The notes: generated by a model not told the origin, from the letters alone. A stretch of DNA of 64,000 nucleotides from Candidatus Cloacimonadales bacterium (GCA_963663475.2 CAXXJV010000001.1:1728001-1792000), one strand, 5' to 3'; shown: positions 10,901 through 21,058, counted from the first letter of the stretch. A program made the numbers and translations.

Positions 10901-11111
10901 TATACGTTATAGTTTAAAAGATAAGGGAAATGTAAGGATATCAATATACAATCTTAAAGGGCAAAAAATTCATCGGGATGAAATTATATCTCAAGAAAAA
11001 GGTTATCATAGTTATGTTTGGGATGGACGCAAACAAACTTCTGGTATCTACTTCGTAGAGTTTGTCAGTGGAAAATATAAAGAAGTTCGAAAAGTAACTT
11101 TAAGAAAATAA
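7989..11111 (+). CDS. Large secreted protein with Ig/cadherin-like, LamG-like and T9SS-type C-terminal sorting domains
   Basis: Signal peptide; FSIQAWVRW...WYLVTGVYDG (LamG); TLPVELSSF motif; YPNPFNP...IYNLKGQ...SGIYF CTD. ATG at 7989 fits the RBS (ORF track starts at 7983). Confidence 0.8.
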   Translation: MLMHNKKKCYFLILYLLIFNLSLFANLPSLDIEAEVEFSVNPERFIFNRTSTSSFTLENFTFNTNTTEYNYSTFYPADSLKITFPSAGNYQLETTFYGSISGNQTTFIQALVNGCICVPLIEAESSTGMDGNGNPNANTNSNVLTIVSDPGEANEKIYTLRFRRRADTEPTTIVISETAYEFSALVTGVSSIINGDNIASLQETNWSVNPITGTAYFNGNQLIPLSNGDVTVTATLENDNSISAVSETYTLSGISNWSPHLSSLELIDKYDVNINLSPQFTSNPNDAGDYTCSIVDEYSTLRLKLKAPVDCQVYIDDARVSSNGCSYLKIPPTDPINGPLYINYVIKVENSQGAKSYNLNIQREVKERLKYGRTSGNPPHLASAIGDVFGFNTVQTDKFSIQAWVRWTSETSEGQPWANIASQTYSSSGSNGTFWLQHNYNNTSFEFAINPTGTRRYVLSDASKVTIQRGVWYLVTGVYDGDRSPVRIYINDDDVSDRGVYTEGQVLAPDASAAYNFNVGKMPYGGRQFPGNIRNLRIWVEKALTATEIANDFPNTPLAGSSEDDSDFSWPLNEISNGSISNGNGSLNLSMVDVQEDDFVACCTNNRASGKALVHRPEKMDLSSATSESVILFQADGYSGNNFKFNILGPLENASKSMEVWDHNSNSWKTSDVISEGIAIDSELGNPTTGTYFWIPVRLATSTDGAGRYVDDDDDDDYDGNDTDAQGRTQYNTMLPLPTVAPMNDPFTVSGTLIGNEQHPLTEKYVILGYDAVEKGRLITGTSTLTASKDGKSNGSYTLVSDVPLYRVEVRTQDDILVTDVDNAEGWDETLENGGVINLDPITLPVELSSFTVSAISNGAKLQWVTQTESNISGYHVYRALVEDFSQSELVSPVIESNNSVQTQIYSYTDSDIMLNVDYYYWLKATEFSGEFRIYGPVSIFLEENEVTPEVPIFITGIESLYPNPFNPQVNIRYSLKDKGNVRISIYNLKGQKIHRDEIISQEKGYHSYVWDGRKQTSGIYFVEFVSGKYKEVRKVTLRK

Positions 11112-11127
11112 GCTAAACATGTATGTC

Positions 11128-11156
11128 AATGGCCCTGATATTAAGGGCCATTTTTC
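11128..11156 (+). terminator. Intrinsic terminator
   Basis: aatggccct-gatatta-agggccatt plus T run just after the ORF. Confidence 0.75.
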
Positions 11157-11190
11157 TTATGGCAAGGATGGCATAAGTCATATTAATATT

Positions 11191-11305
11191 ACAACCTTAC
11201 AGGCTTACTTTTATATGCAAAATAACCCAGAGTTGCAAGCCCTTAAGGATTTTAGTCTGGGCTAATTTATTAATCCCCTCTAGTGATATAAGACCTATCC
11301 TTTCA
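11191..11305 (+). repeat. Degenerate family B right arm
   Basis: acccagagttgca...ctgggctaa...atcccc...aagacctatcc resembles 32775-32850. Confidence 0.55.
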
Positions 11306-11418
11306 GCCTTATGTCTTATTCAGCAAAAGGAATATAAACTCAAATAGTACATTCTAAATCGTAAACTACTGTAATACAATGTCTAGTTCAAGATAATGCT
11401 AAATAATTACCACAAGAC

Positions 11419-13722
11419 TTAAACTCTATACTTCTTCAGCATTCTTTTAATTTCAGAAGCTTTAATTGGCTTAACTATAAAGTCATCCATGCCCACTTTA
11501 TAAGCATGTTTTTTAACCTCATCAATTACATTGCCAGATACAGCAATAATCGGTAAATTAATACCCTTATCTCTAATCATCTTAGTTAGGTCAAAACCAG
11601 TAACTTCAGGCATCTGGATATCCATAAAAATAGCATGATAGCTGGTTAAATCAAGTTGTTTAAGGCATTCTCTCCAGTTGGAAGCAATATCAACTTCAAC
11701 TTCAAGCTTATGGAGAATTGCCGAAATAACTTTTTGGTTTATTAGGTTATCTTCCACTACAAGAACTTTAGTATTTGGGAATAAATCCTGATCAAAATTA
11801 CTTTCTTTCTCCTCTTGAATCTTGTTAATATCACCTAGAGCAAGGTTTAAATCAAGATAAAAAACAGAACCTGGATTAGAGGAAGAAGCTTTAAGATCAG
11901 GGTTTGGGCTAAGCAATTTAATATCACTTTGCATAAGGTGGGCTAATTGCTGGGCGATTGAAAGGCCTAAACCAGTTCCTGATATTTTCTTTGCTAAGGA
12001 ACCATCTACCTGTTCAAAAGCCTCAAAAATTGTATTTTTCTTAGCCTCAGGAATACCAAAACCACTATCAGCAACCGAAATTCTGAGAGTAATTCTTTCT
12101 TTACTTCTGCTTATTTGACTTATAGAGAACTTAATAATCCCTTCTTGAGTATATTTTAAGCTATTACTAAGTAGATTTATAAGAATCTTTTGCAGAGCCA
12201 TTTCATCACTATAAACTACAAGTTTCTTATCAGATAGTTTCTTATATTCAAAGGTTAAACCTTTAGTTTTAGCTTGAAGACTATAAAGATTAGCCATTTT
12301 ATTGAAGAAGGGGATAATGTCGAAATCATCAGCTGAGAGTAAGAGTTTATTAGCTGATATTTTAGAAAAGTCTAAGACTTGATTAATTAAACTATAAAGG
12401 ATATCACTAGATTGCTGTATAACCTCTAAATATTCTTTTTGTTCAGCAGAAAGCTCAGTAGAATTCAATAATTCAGAAACTGAAATTACCCCATTAAGAG
12501 GAGTTCTCAACTCATGAGAAATACTAGCTAAAAAATTATCTTTAGCTCGGTTAGCAATTTCAGCAAGCTCTTTTTGCTCCTTTAGTTCACTTGCATACCT
12601 ATTCTTTTCTTGCATGTTCTTAACAAAAGCATTGAACCACATCTGCAATTCACCTATCTCATCGATGGTAGTGATTTGAATTTGTGAGTTTAAATCATAA
12701 CGATTCTTGGAAATATCTACAAATGCTTCCGTTAATTCTTTGATAGGAAATAATACTCTTTTAGCGAATATATAGAATATAATTGCAGAAAAGAAAATAA
12801 TAGTTACTAGACCTATTAAAGAGATCTTGAGAGAATCAAATTGAGTATGCCAGAGGTACTGACTACTAATAAAAGTAAAAAACTTAAGACCATAATCTTC
12901 TAAATTGTATTTTAAAAGCAGGGCTTCATTACCTGCAAAATTTATTCTATCAAAATTATGTAACCTGTCTTTACTTATATCATTAATAGCTTTAAAATCT
13001 GATCCGACATAGGTCTTTTCAGGGCCTGCAATGATATTACCATTATAATCAACAACAAAACTTGAGAATTTTTGCGAGAACTCACCTTGAAAATTCCTGG
13101 CTATGCTATCGATAGAATAATGAACTACAATTGTCGCAATATAGTTCTCTTGCATTGTTTTGTGGTCTAGGTAAGTTAGTTTCTTAGAAGCAAGTAATGA
13201 ATAGGCTTGAGGATTATCATAGTTTGGACGAACTCCATGCCAGAAGATATCTGAGTTTAATGCATTATTTTCTGCTAAAATTTCAAAGAAATCATCGGAA
13301 GGTATATCATCAGCTTTTAATAGAGATCTGCCAAAATGATAACGATTGAGGTTTTTGGAAAAGATATCTATTGATTCAATACCTTCAAGATTAATATAGC
13401 CTGCAAGAACATAGCCAATGTTAGCTTGAATTTTAAGTTTCTGGTAGATGGTTAAAGTGTCACTCTCTGCCTGAAGACTCTTTATCACGTCTTCAACATT
13501 GGCAATATTATTCATCAAGTTTTCCACAGTAGCTAGTTGGAGAGAAGTGTATTCAGCTTTTTGTTTAAGAAGTTCAAAAACATTCTCTTCTAAATGATTC
13601 ATCATGGATTTGTTTGAGCCATAAATTGCCCAAGCCATGAGGAATAACAAGGGAACAACCCCTAACAATAGAAAGGTTGTTATGAACTTTAAAATTATTG
13701 AGTGACTAAATTTTCTTTTCAC
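11419..13722 (-). CDS. Hybrid sensor histidine kinase/response regulator (Cache-like, HAMP, HisKA, HATPase, REC)
   Basis: Two TMs; SHELRTPLN, NLLSNSLKY, DSGFG, GTGLGL and FMDIQMP motifs. Confidence 0.93.
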   Translation of the reverse strand: MKRKFSHSIILKFITTFLLLGVVPLLFLMAWAIYGSNKSMMNHLEENVFELLKQKAEYTSLQLATVENLMNNIANVEDVIKSLQAESDTLTIYQKLKIQANIGYVLAGYINLEGIESIDIFSKNLNRYHFGRSLLKADDIPSDDFFEILAENNALNSDIFWHGVRPNYDNPQAYSLLASKKLTYLDHKTMQENYIATIVVHYSIDSIARNFQGEFSQKFSSFVVDYNGNIIAGPEKTYVGSDFKAINDISKDRLHNFDRINFAGNEALLLKYNLEDYGLKFFTFISSQYLWHTQFDSLKISLIGLVTIIFFSAIIFYIFAKRVLFPIKELTEAFVDISKNRYDLNSQIQITTIDEIGELQMWFNAFVKNMQEKNRYASELKEQKELAEIANRAKDNFLASISHELRTPLNGVISVSELLNSTELSAEQKEYLEVIQQSSDILYSLINQVLDFSKISANKLLLSADDFDIIPFFNKMANLYSLQAKTKGLTFEYKKLSDKKLVVYSDEMALQKILINLLSNSLKYTQEGIIKFSISQISRSKERITLRISVADSGFGIPEAKKNTIFEAFEQVDGSLAKKISGTGLGLSIAQQLAHLMQSDIKLLSPNPDLKASSSNPGSVFYLDLNLALGDINKIQEEKESNFDQDLFPNTKVLVVEDNLINQKVISAILHKLEVEVDIASNWRECLKQLDLTSYHAIFMDIQMPEVTGFDLTKMIRDKGINLPIIAVSGNVIDEVKKHAYKVGMDDFIVKPIKASEIKRMLKKYRV

Positions 13723-13730
13723 AGTTTTTT

Positions 13731-14675
13731 TTATTCTGTAACTACTATAACACTAACTGTTACATTTTCTATAGCTTCATCATTCAATAACTTATAAGCC
13801 GTTTCAACTCCTTTATAACCTTGGATATCTGCCTGCTGGTCAATAGTAACTGCTACTGCTCCAGATTCTAAATGTGGTTTTATCTCTTTAATGTTATCAA
13901 AGGCTGCTACTTTAACATTAGTGATGTTATTTTCTTTTAAGAATTGAACTACTCCTAAGGCCATCATGTCATTAGCACAAAAGACTAAATCTATATCTGA
14001 ATTAGCTTTCCACATATCTGCAAAGACTTCATAAGCTTCATCTATTTTCCAATTTGCACTTTCACTGGCCAGCAATTCAATGTTTTTGTTTTCTTTAAAA
14101 GCACGTAAGGCACCATTCTTTCTATCAATACCATTCTGGGCTGATCTGATACCTTCTAAAATGACTGCTTGACTCTTATTAGTAACATCTTTGCTAATAT
14201 ATCTTGCTGAAAGATAACCACCTTCCTCGTTATCAACACTAATAAATGGAACATTTTTAAGTTCATACTTTTCAGAAGTATCCTTATCTAGTTCATTATC
14301 AATGTTAACAATAACTATTCCTGCTTTTTGAGCTTGAGCTAATATGGGTACTAATTCAATTGAGCTTGCTGGAGCTATAACAATGGCATCAACCTTATCT
14401 GAGATGAGTTTTCTGATAATGTCAATTTGCTGGGCTATAGCAGTTTCTTGTGAACCTGTTTTTACAATAAGCTCTATCCCTAAATCTTTCTCAGCTTCTC
14501 TAGCCCCTTTCTCCATTGTAAGAAAAAAAGGATTGGTTAATGTTTTCATCACCAAAGCAATTTTATACTTACTTGGTGTTTGATTATCTACAGTATTTTC
14601 TTCTTTAACTTGTTTTTGGCAAACAGTTAAGGATAATAAAATTATCAAAATTAATAAGACTTTAACAAATTTCAT
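13731..14675 (-). CDS. RbsB-like sugar-binding periplasmic protein
   Basis: KTLTNPFF, DAIVIAP, VDNEEGG and CANDMMALG motifs; signal peptide/possible lipobox. Confidence 0.9.
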   Translation of the reverse strand: MKFVKVLLILIILLSLTVCQKQVKEENTVDNQTPSKYKIALVMKTLTNPFFLTMEKGAREAEKDLGIELIVKTGSQETAIAQQIDIIRKLISDKVDAIVIAPASSIELVPILAQAQKAGIVIVNIDNELDKDTSEKYELKNVPFISVDNEEGGYLSARYISKDVTNKSQAVILEGIRSAQNGIDRKNGALRAFKENKNIELLASESANWKIDEAYEVFADMWKANSDIDLVFCANDMMALGVVQFLKENNITNVKVAAFDNIKEIKPHLESGAVAVTIDQQADIQGYKGVETAYKLLNDEAIENVTVSVIVVTE

Positions 14676-14685
14676 AGTGTCTCCT

Positions 14686-15435
14686 TTAATCTAAATCATT
14701 AAGTTTAGTTACAGCATTTTTCATTGTCATAACTTGAAAATTTTGTTCGTAAATCCAAGCTATAATATCTTCAAAATCTTTTATTGTGCAGTTATCTACT
14801 GCCAAGGTAGGATTATCGCTAACCCTATGAAAGCCAATAATAACTAAGGCCTGACCATTATTACAAGCCCTAATAATCCTTTGCTTAACCATTTCTGGAT
14901 TATATTGAGTCTGGTAAGCAAAATAACCCAAATCAAATCTATTTAAAGGAATGTACATGTCTTTGTCAATACTATTTCGAATATTTTTATAAAGCCCCTT
15001 GATTATGTCATAATCTCGCAAAGTTGCATGTCCACCTGGAAGAGCAAAACTTGCCAACTCTAGTCCTTGATTTGTAAAATTATGATAATCTTCCACAATT
15101 TGATAATAAGCTTCTTCATAGGTTACTTCTGCTAAATCAACATGATCTATTGTATGTCCCGCAATTTCCCAGTCATGATCAGCTAGATTTTTAATCTGGT
15201 TCCAAGAGACTCTTCCTACATTACCAACCATTCCACTATTAATGAAGGTAGTTGCAGTATATCCATATTGCTCAAGTAGAGGGAAAGCATTTTCATAGGC
15301 ATTCAAATGACCATCATCAAAAGTTAGACAAATTATGGGCTTGTTAATCTCTTGACTATAGCTGTCACAACTAGTCAAAAAAAGACTTAATATTACTATT
15401 AATAAGAGGAAAATTAAATTTAGTTTGTAGGCCAT
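14686..15435 (-). CDS. Polysaccharide deacetylase (CE4/NodB) lipoprotein
   Basis: LTSC lipobox; LTFDDG and IAGHTIDH motifs. Confidence 0.88.
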   Translation of the reverse strand: MAYKLNLIFLLLIVILSLFLTSCDSYSQEINKPIICLTFDDGHLNAYENAFPLLEQYGYTATTFINSGMVGNVGRVSWNQIKNLADHDWEIAGHTIDHVDLAEVTYEEAYYQIVEDYHNFTNQGLELASFALPGGHATLRDYDIIKGLYKNIRNSIDKDMYIPLNRFDLGYFAYQTQYNPEMVKQRIIRACNNGQALVIIGFHRVSDNPTLAVDNCTIKDFEDIIAWIYEQNFQVMTMKNAVTKLNDLD

Positions 15436-16528
15436 AGCTAATAATATCCTGTTTGTTTGAAGTGTAAAAGTATTCAGAATTCAAAGCAATATCCCAAAGA
15501 GGGTGAAGTTGAAAATTGATTATGAGTGAATATTCTCTCTGAAGTCTTTCTAAATAATTAGTAAATTTATAAGCAGGAGAAATTTCCCATTTATTCCAGA
15601 AAAACCTTAACCTAGTATTTACTTCATAAATCTTGTACTTATCCCAGTTCTCAACCTCATAATAAAATGCAAGTTCAGGAATAATATTAGGTGAAAGTTT
15701 AAAACGTGCTTCCGTGAAATTCTTCAAGACATTTGCTTTCTCAGAAGAAAGTTTTCGATAATAATCAATTAGGGAAAAATGTAGCATATTCTGAAATGTG
15801 AGAAGATTGGTCTGCCAATAAGTTTGATTATTGAAATTAAGAGCTTTAGCATTGAATCTATTATCTCGAGATACTAAGATAAAACTTTGTTGACTAAAGA
15901 AATTTCCTTTATCAAGTCTCATTTCAAGTGCTCCGATTCCTGTATTATGATCATTTCCACCTAATAAGTAGCTAAGCATGAAGTTAGGGGAGACTTTATG
16001 CTTAATAAGACCACCATTGAATCGATAATCACTAATAAAATTATTAGCATTCCTGATGTTATTTAGGTCATTTTCATAAATAAAGTTATCTTTTCCTAAG
16101 CCAATTCGATCAAATACCCAAGCTAGATCCAAGATTTGATTAGATTTATATTCGACCTTAGCTGAATAAAGATAAAGTTTCTTGTCAAATACTTCAGGAT
16201 AATATCTTACTTCTGCTGTAGTTGCTATTTTGTCATTGAGAGATTTCTGGATATTCAAATACCAATTATGGTTAGATTTGTACTCAAAATCTTTCTTGTC
16301 ATTGTTTTGATAATAGTAACCACCAACATAGGATTTTATCCCCATTTCAATGTCTAGGGAATTTTCAAAAGACAAGAGAAGAGATACAGGGAGTAAAAAC
16401 ATAATTAATAAGAAATTTTTTACTATTTTTTCTTTAGTATCTTCTAGTAAAACATTGGCTATTCCTGCAATATAATCAAGAAAATTCCTAACAAAACTAA
16501 GAAAATTTTGGTCTTGTTTACTCTCCAA
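15371..16528 (-). CDS. Probable outer-membrane beta-barrel protein
   Basis: Hydrophobic signal-like segment, aromatic alternating beta strands, YGLQTKFNF near the C-terminus; GGGGAGG before the TTG start. Confidence 0.6.
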   Translation of the reverse strand: MESKQDQNFLSFVRNFLDYIAGIANVLLEDTKEKIVKNFLLIMFLLPVSLLLSFENSLDIEMGIKSYVGGYYYQNNDKKDFEYKSNHNWYLNIQKSLNDKIATTAEVRYYPEVFDKKLYLYSAKVEYKSNQILDLAWVFDRIGLGKDNFIYENDLNNIRNANNFISDYRFNGGLIKHKVSPNFMLSYLLGGNDHNTGIGALEMRLDKGNFFSQQSFILVSRDNRFNAKALNFNNQTYWQTNLLTFQNMLHFSLIDYYRKLSSEKANVLKNFTEARFKLSPNIIPELAFYYEVENWDKYKIYEVNTRLRFFWNKWEISPAYKFTNYLERLQREYSLIINFQLHPLWDIALNSEYFYTSNKQDIISYGLQTKFNFPLINSNIKSFFD

Positions 16529-16734
16529 AGGACCTCCCCTAATAAGCTAATAATATTTATACAATAATTGTATTTCTTATTAAAAATGCAAGTAATATTT
16601 TGATTTCTTTTTTAATATTCAGATAATAATGCAGTCTTCACTTGCTTTATCACTTAATTCTACCCAAATCTTTATTGCACCATTATACAGATGATACTTG
16701 ACTTATGACAAGCTATAAAGAAACTTGTTTAAGA

Positions 16735-16945
16735 TAATCCTAATAATACAGTAGCTCTTTGTGAATAGCAGAATATTCTTATGCAAAAGTAACTTACATA
16801 ATTTTCATGAATGTATATATATTATATGCTTTATTATATGCTTTCAAATTCTGCAAGTTATTTTGCTATAATAATCTGCACTCTTCACCTGTGATAGCTA
16901 GCTTTAGTCAAGTATTACGAATGCTCTACTACATATCTAGGATAA
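16735..16945 (+). repeat. Family A copy with ~30 bp hairpin insert
   Basis: taatcctaataatacagtagctctttgtgaa...cctgtgatagctagctttagtcaagtattac...ctctactacatatctagg. Confidence 0.8.
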
Positions 16946-16975
16946 TTACTAAGTAATATAGGAAAAAGAGGAAAC

Positions 16976-18448
16976 ATGAAAAATAAATTAAACTTAATCT
17001 TACTATTTGCTTTTGTAGCTTTGTTTGGACAAAGTCCAGACCAATTAGCCAGTAGATTTTATCAGATATCAGACCAATATGATGCAATAGGAGCTTCCTA
17101 CTGTTTAGTAACTGGAGATCAGATATACAACTATTCTTATGGTTGGAAAGATTATGATAGACAGCTCAGAATTGATAGTGATACAAAATTTAGAATAGCT
17201 TCTATCTCAAAAATTGTTACTGCTCTTGCCGCTATGAAGCTTGTTGAGAATAATCTTGTAGATTTAGATAGTGATGTTTCTTCTTATTTGGGATTTACTC
17301 TAAGAAATCCAAACTTCCCAGATAATCAAATAACCCTAAGACACCTGCTTACACATACTTCTGGCTTAAGAGATAGTAATGCTTACACAAATTTCATAAG
17401 TCAATCTTACTCTCAAACCCCCCCTGCTATATCTCAACTGCTAATGACAAGTGGTAGCTTTTATAATTCTTCTATTTGGACAAGTTATTATGAACCTGGC
17501 CAAGCAAGTGGTTGGGATTACTCTAACCTGGCTGCTGGACTTGTAGCAACTTTAGTTGAAAATGTTGCTCAAGAACATTTCTCTACTTATGTTCAAGATA
17601 ATTTCTTGAATCCTTTGGGGATTGAAGCCTGTTGGAATAACTTTTCTGCCTTAAGTGATATAAATGATTTAGCTGTCTTATACAGATACGTAGGTGGTCA
17701 GCCTAGTCCTCAAGCAGATAATTATCAAGGTGTCTATCCTGAAGAGATTGATTTAAATCAAATACCTTTTGGCTGGAATGGTTTAATCTATGCCCCTCAA
17801 GGTGGATTAAGGATTAGTACTAGTGACCTAGCTAAAATATTCATGATGATGCGGGATAGAGGGTCTTATAATGGGCAAGTTATCCTAGAAGAAGCTACAA
17901 TCAATCAGATGGAAGACTTAAATTGGACAGGTTCAGGTTTAGGAGGTTTCTTTACTCAAATGGGCTTGCAACTTCAAAGAACTTATGACCTTTTCCCTAA
18001 TGAACTATTCTTTGGTCATGCAGGGGAAGCTTATGGTTTAATTAGTGATGCTTATTATAACCTAGAAAGAGATATTATCTTAGTCTTTCTTACTAATGGT
18101 GGAAATTATTCTTATGGAAACCTATTTTATGATTATGAAGAATCTATCTTCTCAGCTACTAAAGAATGGTTGGATGCTGTTTCTAATAATAACCAAGTTA
18201 TTGCTAATGAGGATGTTAATATTTACCCTAACATTATTAATTCTCTTGATCAGAAAATCTCAGTTTCTACTAAGGATAAGCTTTCTTATATGGCTCTATA
18301 TAACTTAAAAGGACAGTTAATTAAGAGATTTACTAATCCCAAAAAGGAAATTTCTCTTAAGCAAACAAGGTTGGGAAGTGGTTTTTATATTCTTAAAATT
18401 GCTAGTGGGAATAAAATATTCACCAGGAAACTGATAATAAAAAAATAA
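16976..18448 (+). CDS. Serine hydrolase (beta-lactamase/PBP-like) with T9SS-type CTD
   Basis: ASISK (SxxK), LLTHTSG, YSN and GHAG motifs; IYPN...YNLKGQ...SGFYILK tail. Confidence 0.88.
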   Translation: MKNKLNLILLFAFVALFGQSPDQLASRFYQISDQYDAIGASYCLVTGDQIYNYSYGWKDYDRQLRIDSDTKFRIASISKIVTALAAMKLVENNLVDLDSDVSSYLGFTLRNPNFPDNQITLRHLLTHTSGLRDSNAYTNFISQSYSQTPPAISQLLMTSGSFYNSSIWTSYYEPGQASGWDYSNLAAGLVATLVENVAQEHFSTYVQDNFLNPLGIEACWNNFSALSDINDLAVLYRYVGGQPSPQADNYQGVYPEEIDLNQIPFGWNGLIYAPQGGLRISTSDLAKIFMMMRDRGSYNGQVILEEATINQMEDLNWTGSGLGGFFTQMGLQLQRTYDLFPNELFFGHAGEAYGLISDAYYNLERDIILVFLTNGGNYSYGNLFYDYEESIFSATKEWLDAVSNNNQVIANEDVNIYPNIINSLDQKISVSTKDKLSYMALYNLKGQLIKRFTNPKKEISLKQTRLGSGFYILKIASGNKIFTRKLIIKK

Positions 18449-18524
18449 GATTTGTAAATTTGTTATAGGTGATTAACTTATTTAAAATAAATATTTTATC
18501 CTAATTAGAAAAACTGGAGTTGAG

Positions 18525-20987
18525 ATGAAAAAGTTAATCATTAAAATAAATGGTATGTCCTGTGCTTCTTGTTCTGCCACTATTGAAAGGGCATTAAAGA
18601 AAGTTGAAGGTCTGATTGATGTAAATGTTAACTATCCTGCAGGTAAGGCTTTTGTTACTTATGAACCTGAAAGAATTGATGTTTCTTATATTGAAGAATT
18701 AATTACCAAGGTAGGTTATGATGTTGTTGAATCTTATGATCCTGAAGCAAATCAAACTAGTGTAAATACCATCAAATTAAACGTGACAGGAATGTCCTGT
18801 GCCTCTTGCTCTTCAGCTGTAGAAAGAACACTAAAAAAGACTTGTGGGGTTAAGGCAGTTAATGTAAATTTAGCTTCTGAAATTGCAACAATCCAAATAG
18901 ATTCAAATCTTACAAATGAAAAAGCTCTAAAAGAAGCGGTTATCAATGCAGGCTATGGTATTCAAACAGAGAAGGCTCTAGATAATGAAGCAGAAAACTT
19001 GCAAGCTGCTAAAAAGAGGATGATAATAATTTGGGCTGTTACTCTTCCCATTATGGTTTGGATGATTCCTATGATGCTTTTCGGAATAATGTGGCCTGAT
19101 CATATAACTCACAATATCGGAGTACTTCTTCTCGCCTCTATAGGCCTGTTTACTGTTGGGATGAAGACTTTTAAATCAGCTTTTAAATCTCTAATTCATG
19201 CTTCTGCAAATATGGATGTTTTGATTACTCTAGGAACAGGTGCTGCTTATATAACAGGATTTCTTCACTTCTTTATGGATATTGCTTCTTTTGCAGGAAT
19301 CTCAGCAATGATAATGGCTTTTCACCTCACTGGAAGATATATTGAAGTAAAAGCAAAAGGACGAGCTTCTCAAGCAATTAAGAAATTATTAGAGCTGGGG
19401 GCTAAAACTGCTCTAATTGAAGAGGATGGTCAAGAAAAAGAAGTTCCTGTAGAATCATTAGAGTTAGGCCAAATTATGCTAGTAAAACCAGGATCAAAGA
19501 TACCTACTGATGGACAAATAGTAGAGGGGGCAACAAGTATTGATGAATCAATGGCTACTGGAGAATCTTTTCCAGTTAAAAAAGTTATTGGAGATAATGT
19601 CTTAGGTGCTACAATTAATCAGAATGGTTTTATCAAAGTTAGGGTTGAGAAAATAGGCAAAGAGACTTTTTTATCACAAATTATCAAAATGGTTGAAGAG
19701 GCTCAAGGTTCAAAAGTACCTATTCAAGAGTTTGCTGATAAAGTGACTGCTTTTTTCGTTCCTATCGTGATTTTACTAGCTCTTATAGCTTTTGCCAGCT
19801 GGTTAATTTTTCCTGATACTCTACAAGCAATCAGTCTTTGGGCCTCCCAATATCTTGCTTGGGTTAATCCTCAAGCAAATTCACTAACTCAGGCTATTTT
19901 TGCCACTGTTGCAGTACTTGTTATCGCTTGTCCATGTGCCTTAGGCCTAGCAACTCCAACAGCTCTGATGGTTGGTTCTGGTATGGGAGCTGAAAATGGT
20001 ATTCTGATCAGAAATGGAGCTGCTATCCAGACTATGAAAGATGTTGCTGTAATAGTGTTTGATAAAACAGGTACTATTACCAAAGGCAAACCTGAAGTAA
20101 CTGATATTTATTCTAATTCATTAAGTGAAACACAAGTTATGCAATTAGCTGCTAGCTTAGAAAGTAGGTCAGAACATCCCCTAGCAAGAGCTATGATAAA
20201 TTATTGTAAGACAAAAAATATCAGTTTTGAACAAGCAAAAGCTTTTGCATCCCATTCAGGATTAGGTTTGAGTGGACAAGTTAAAGATAAGAAAATCTTT
20301 TTAGGAAATAGGAAACTTCTAGAAGAACATGCTATTGATTATCAGAATTATGCTGATAGAATTGATAAACTTGAGAAAGAAGCTAAAACGGTAATTTTGC
20401 TAGCTGATGAGAAAGAGATGCTAGCTTTAATAGCAGTTGCAGATGCCCTTAAAGAAGATTCAGGAATGGCAATTGCTAGATTACATAAACTGGGATTTAA
20501 AACAGCTATGATTTCTGGCGATAATGATAAGACTGCTCAGGCTATAGCTAAAAAGGTAGGTATAGATTTTGTAGCCTCACAAGTTTTACCAGACCAAAAA
20601 GTAGAAGAGATTAAAAAATTTCAAGAAAAATATGGTTTGGTAGCAATGGTTGGAGATGGTATAAACGATGCACCAGCTTTAAAACAAGCTAATGTTGGAA
20701 TAGCAATTGGAACTGGTACAGATATTGCTATTGAATCATCTGATATTACCTTAGTTAAAGGTTCCTTAATGAGTGTTGTGCAAGCTATTAAACTATCTCA
20801 AGAGACTTTTAAAAAGATTAAACAAAACCTTTTCTGGGCCTTTGCCTATAATCTTATAGCTATTCCTCTAGCTTTCACTGGTATGTTACACCCTGTTATT
20901 GCTGAAATTGCTATGGCTACAAGTTCAATTACCGTTGTAACAAACTCAAATAGACTTAGAAAGAGAAATCTAAATCCGAATTGGTAA
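18525..20987 (+). CDS. copA: Copper-translocating P1B-type ATPase
   Basis: Two GMSCASC HMA domains; TGES, CPC, DKTGT, EHP and GDGIND motifs. Confidence 0.95.
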   Translation: MKKLIIKINGMSCASCSATIERALKKVEGLIDVNVNYPAGKAFVTYEPERIDVSYIEELITKVGYDVVESYDPEANQTSVNTIKLNVTGMSCASCSSAVERTLKKTCGVKAVNVNLASEIATIQIDSNLTNEKALKEAVINAGYGIQTEKALDNEAENLQAAKKRMIIIWAVTLPIMVWMIPMMLFGIMWPDHITHNIGVLLLASIGLFTVGMKTFKSAFKSLIHASANMDVLITLGTGAAYITGFLHFFMDIASFAGISAMIMAFHLTGRYIEVKAKGRASQAIKKLLELGAKTALIEEDGQEKEVPVESLELGQIMLVKPGSKIPTDGQIVEGATSIDESMATGESFPVKKVIGDNVLGATINQNGFIKVRVEKIGKETFLSQIIKMVEEAQGSKVPIQEFADKVTAFFVPIVILLALIAFASWLIFPDTLQAISLWASQYLAWVNPQANSLTQAIFATVAVLVIACPCALGLATPTALMVGSGMGAENGILIRNGAAIQTMKDVAVIVFDKTGTITKGKPEVTDIYSNSLSETQVMQLAASLESRSEHPLARAMINYCKTKNISFEQAKAFASHSGLGLSGQVKDKKIFLGNRKLLEEHAIDYQNYADRIDKLEKEAKTVILLADEKEMLALIAVADALKEDSGMAIARLHKLGFKTAMISGDNDKTAQAIAKKVGIDFVASQVLPDQKVEEIKKFQEKYGLVAMVGDGINDAPALKQANVGIAIGTGTDIAIESSDITLVKGSLMSVVQAIKLSQETFKKIKQNLFWAFAYNLIAIPLAFTGMLHPVIAEIAMATSSITVVTNSNRLRKRNLNPNW

Positions 20988-21058
20988 TAGAAATATAGCC
21001 TAAAATTCAGAAAAATATAATTTTATGGATTTTCCTAACTTATTCTACACTATCTTGG

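Noticed and set aside
11367-11397. tactgtaataca..tcta..tcaa motif shared with 52828-52860, considered as an operator
   Set aside because: Only two loose copies, both just past gene 3' ends, in AT-rich DNA; spacing does not fit a LexA-type box
16976-18448. Beta-lactam resistance gene
   Set aside because: The SxxK/YxN fold is shared by many esterases and peptidases; nothing specifically supports beta-lactamase activity
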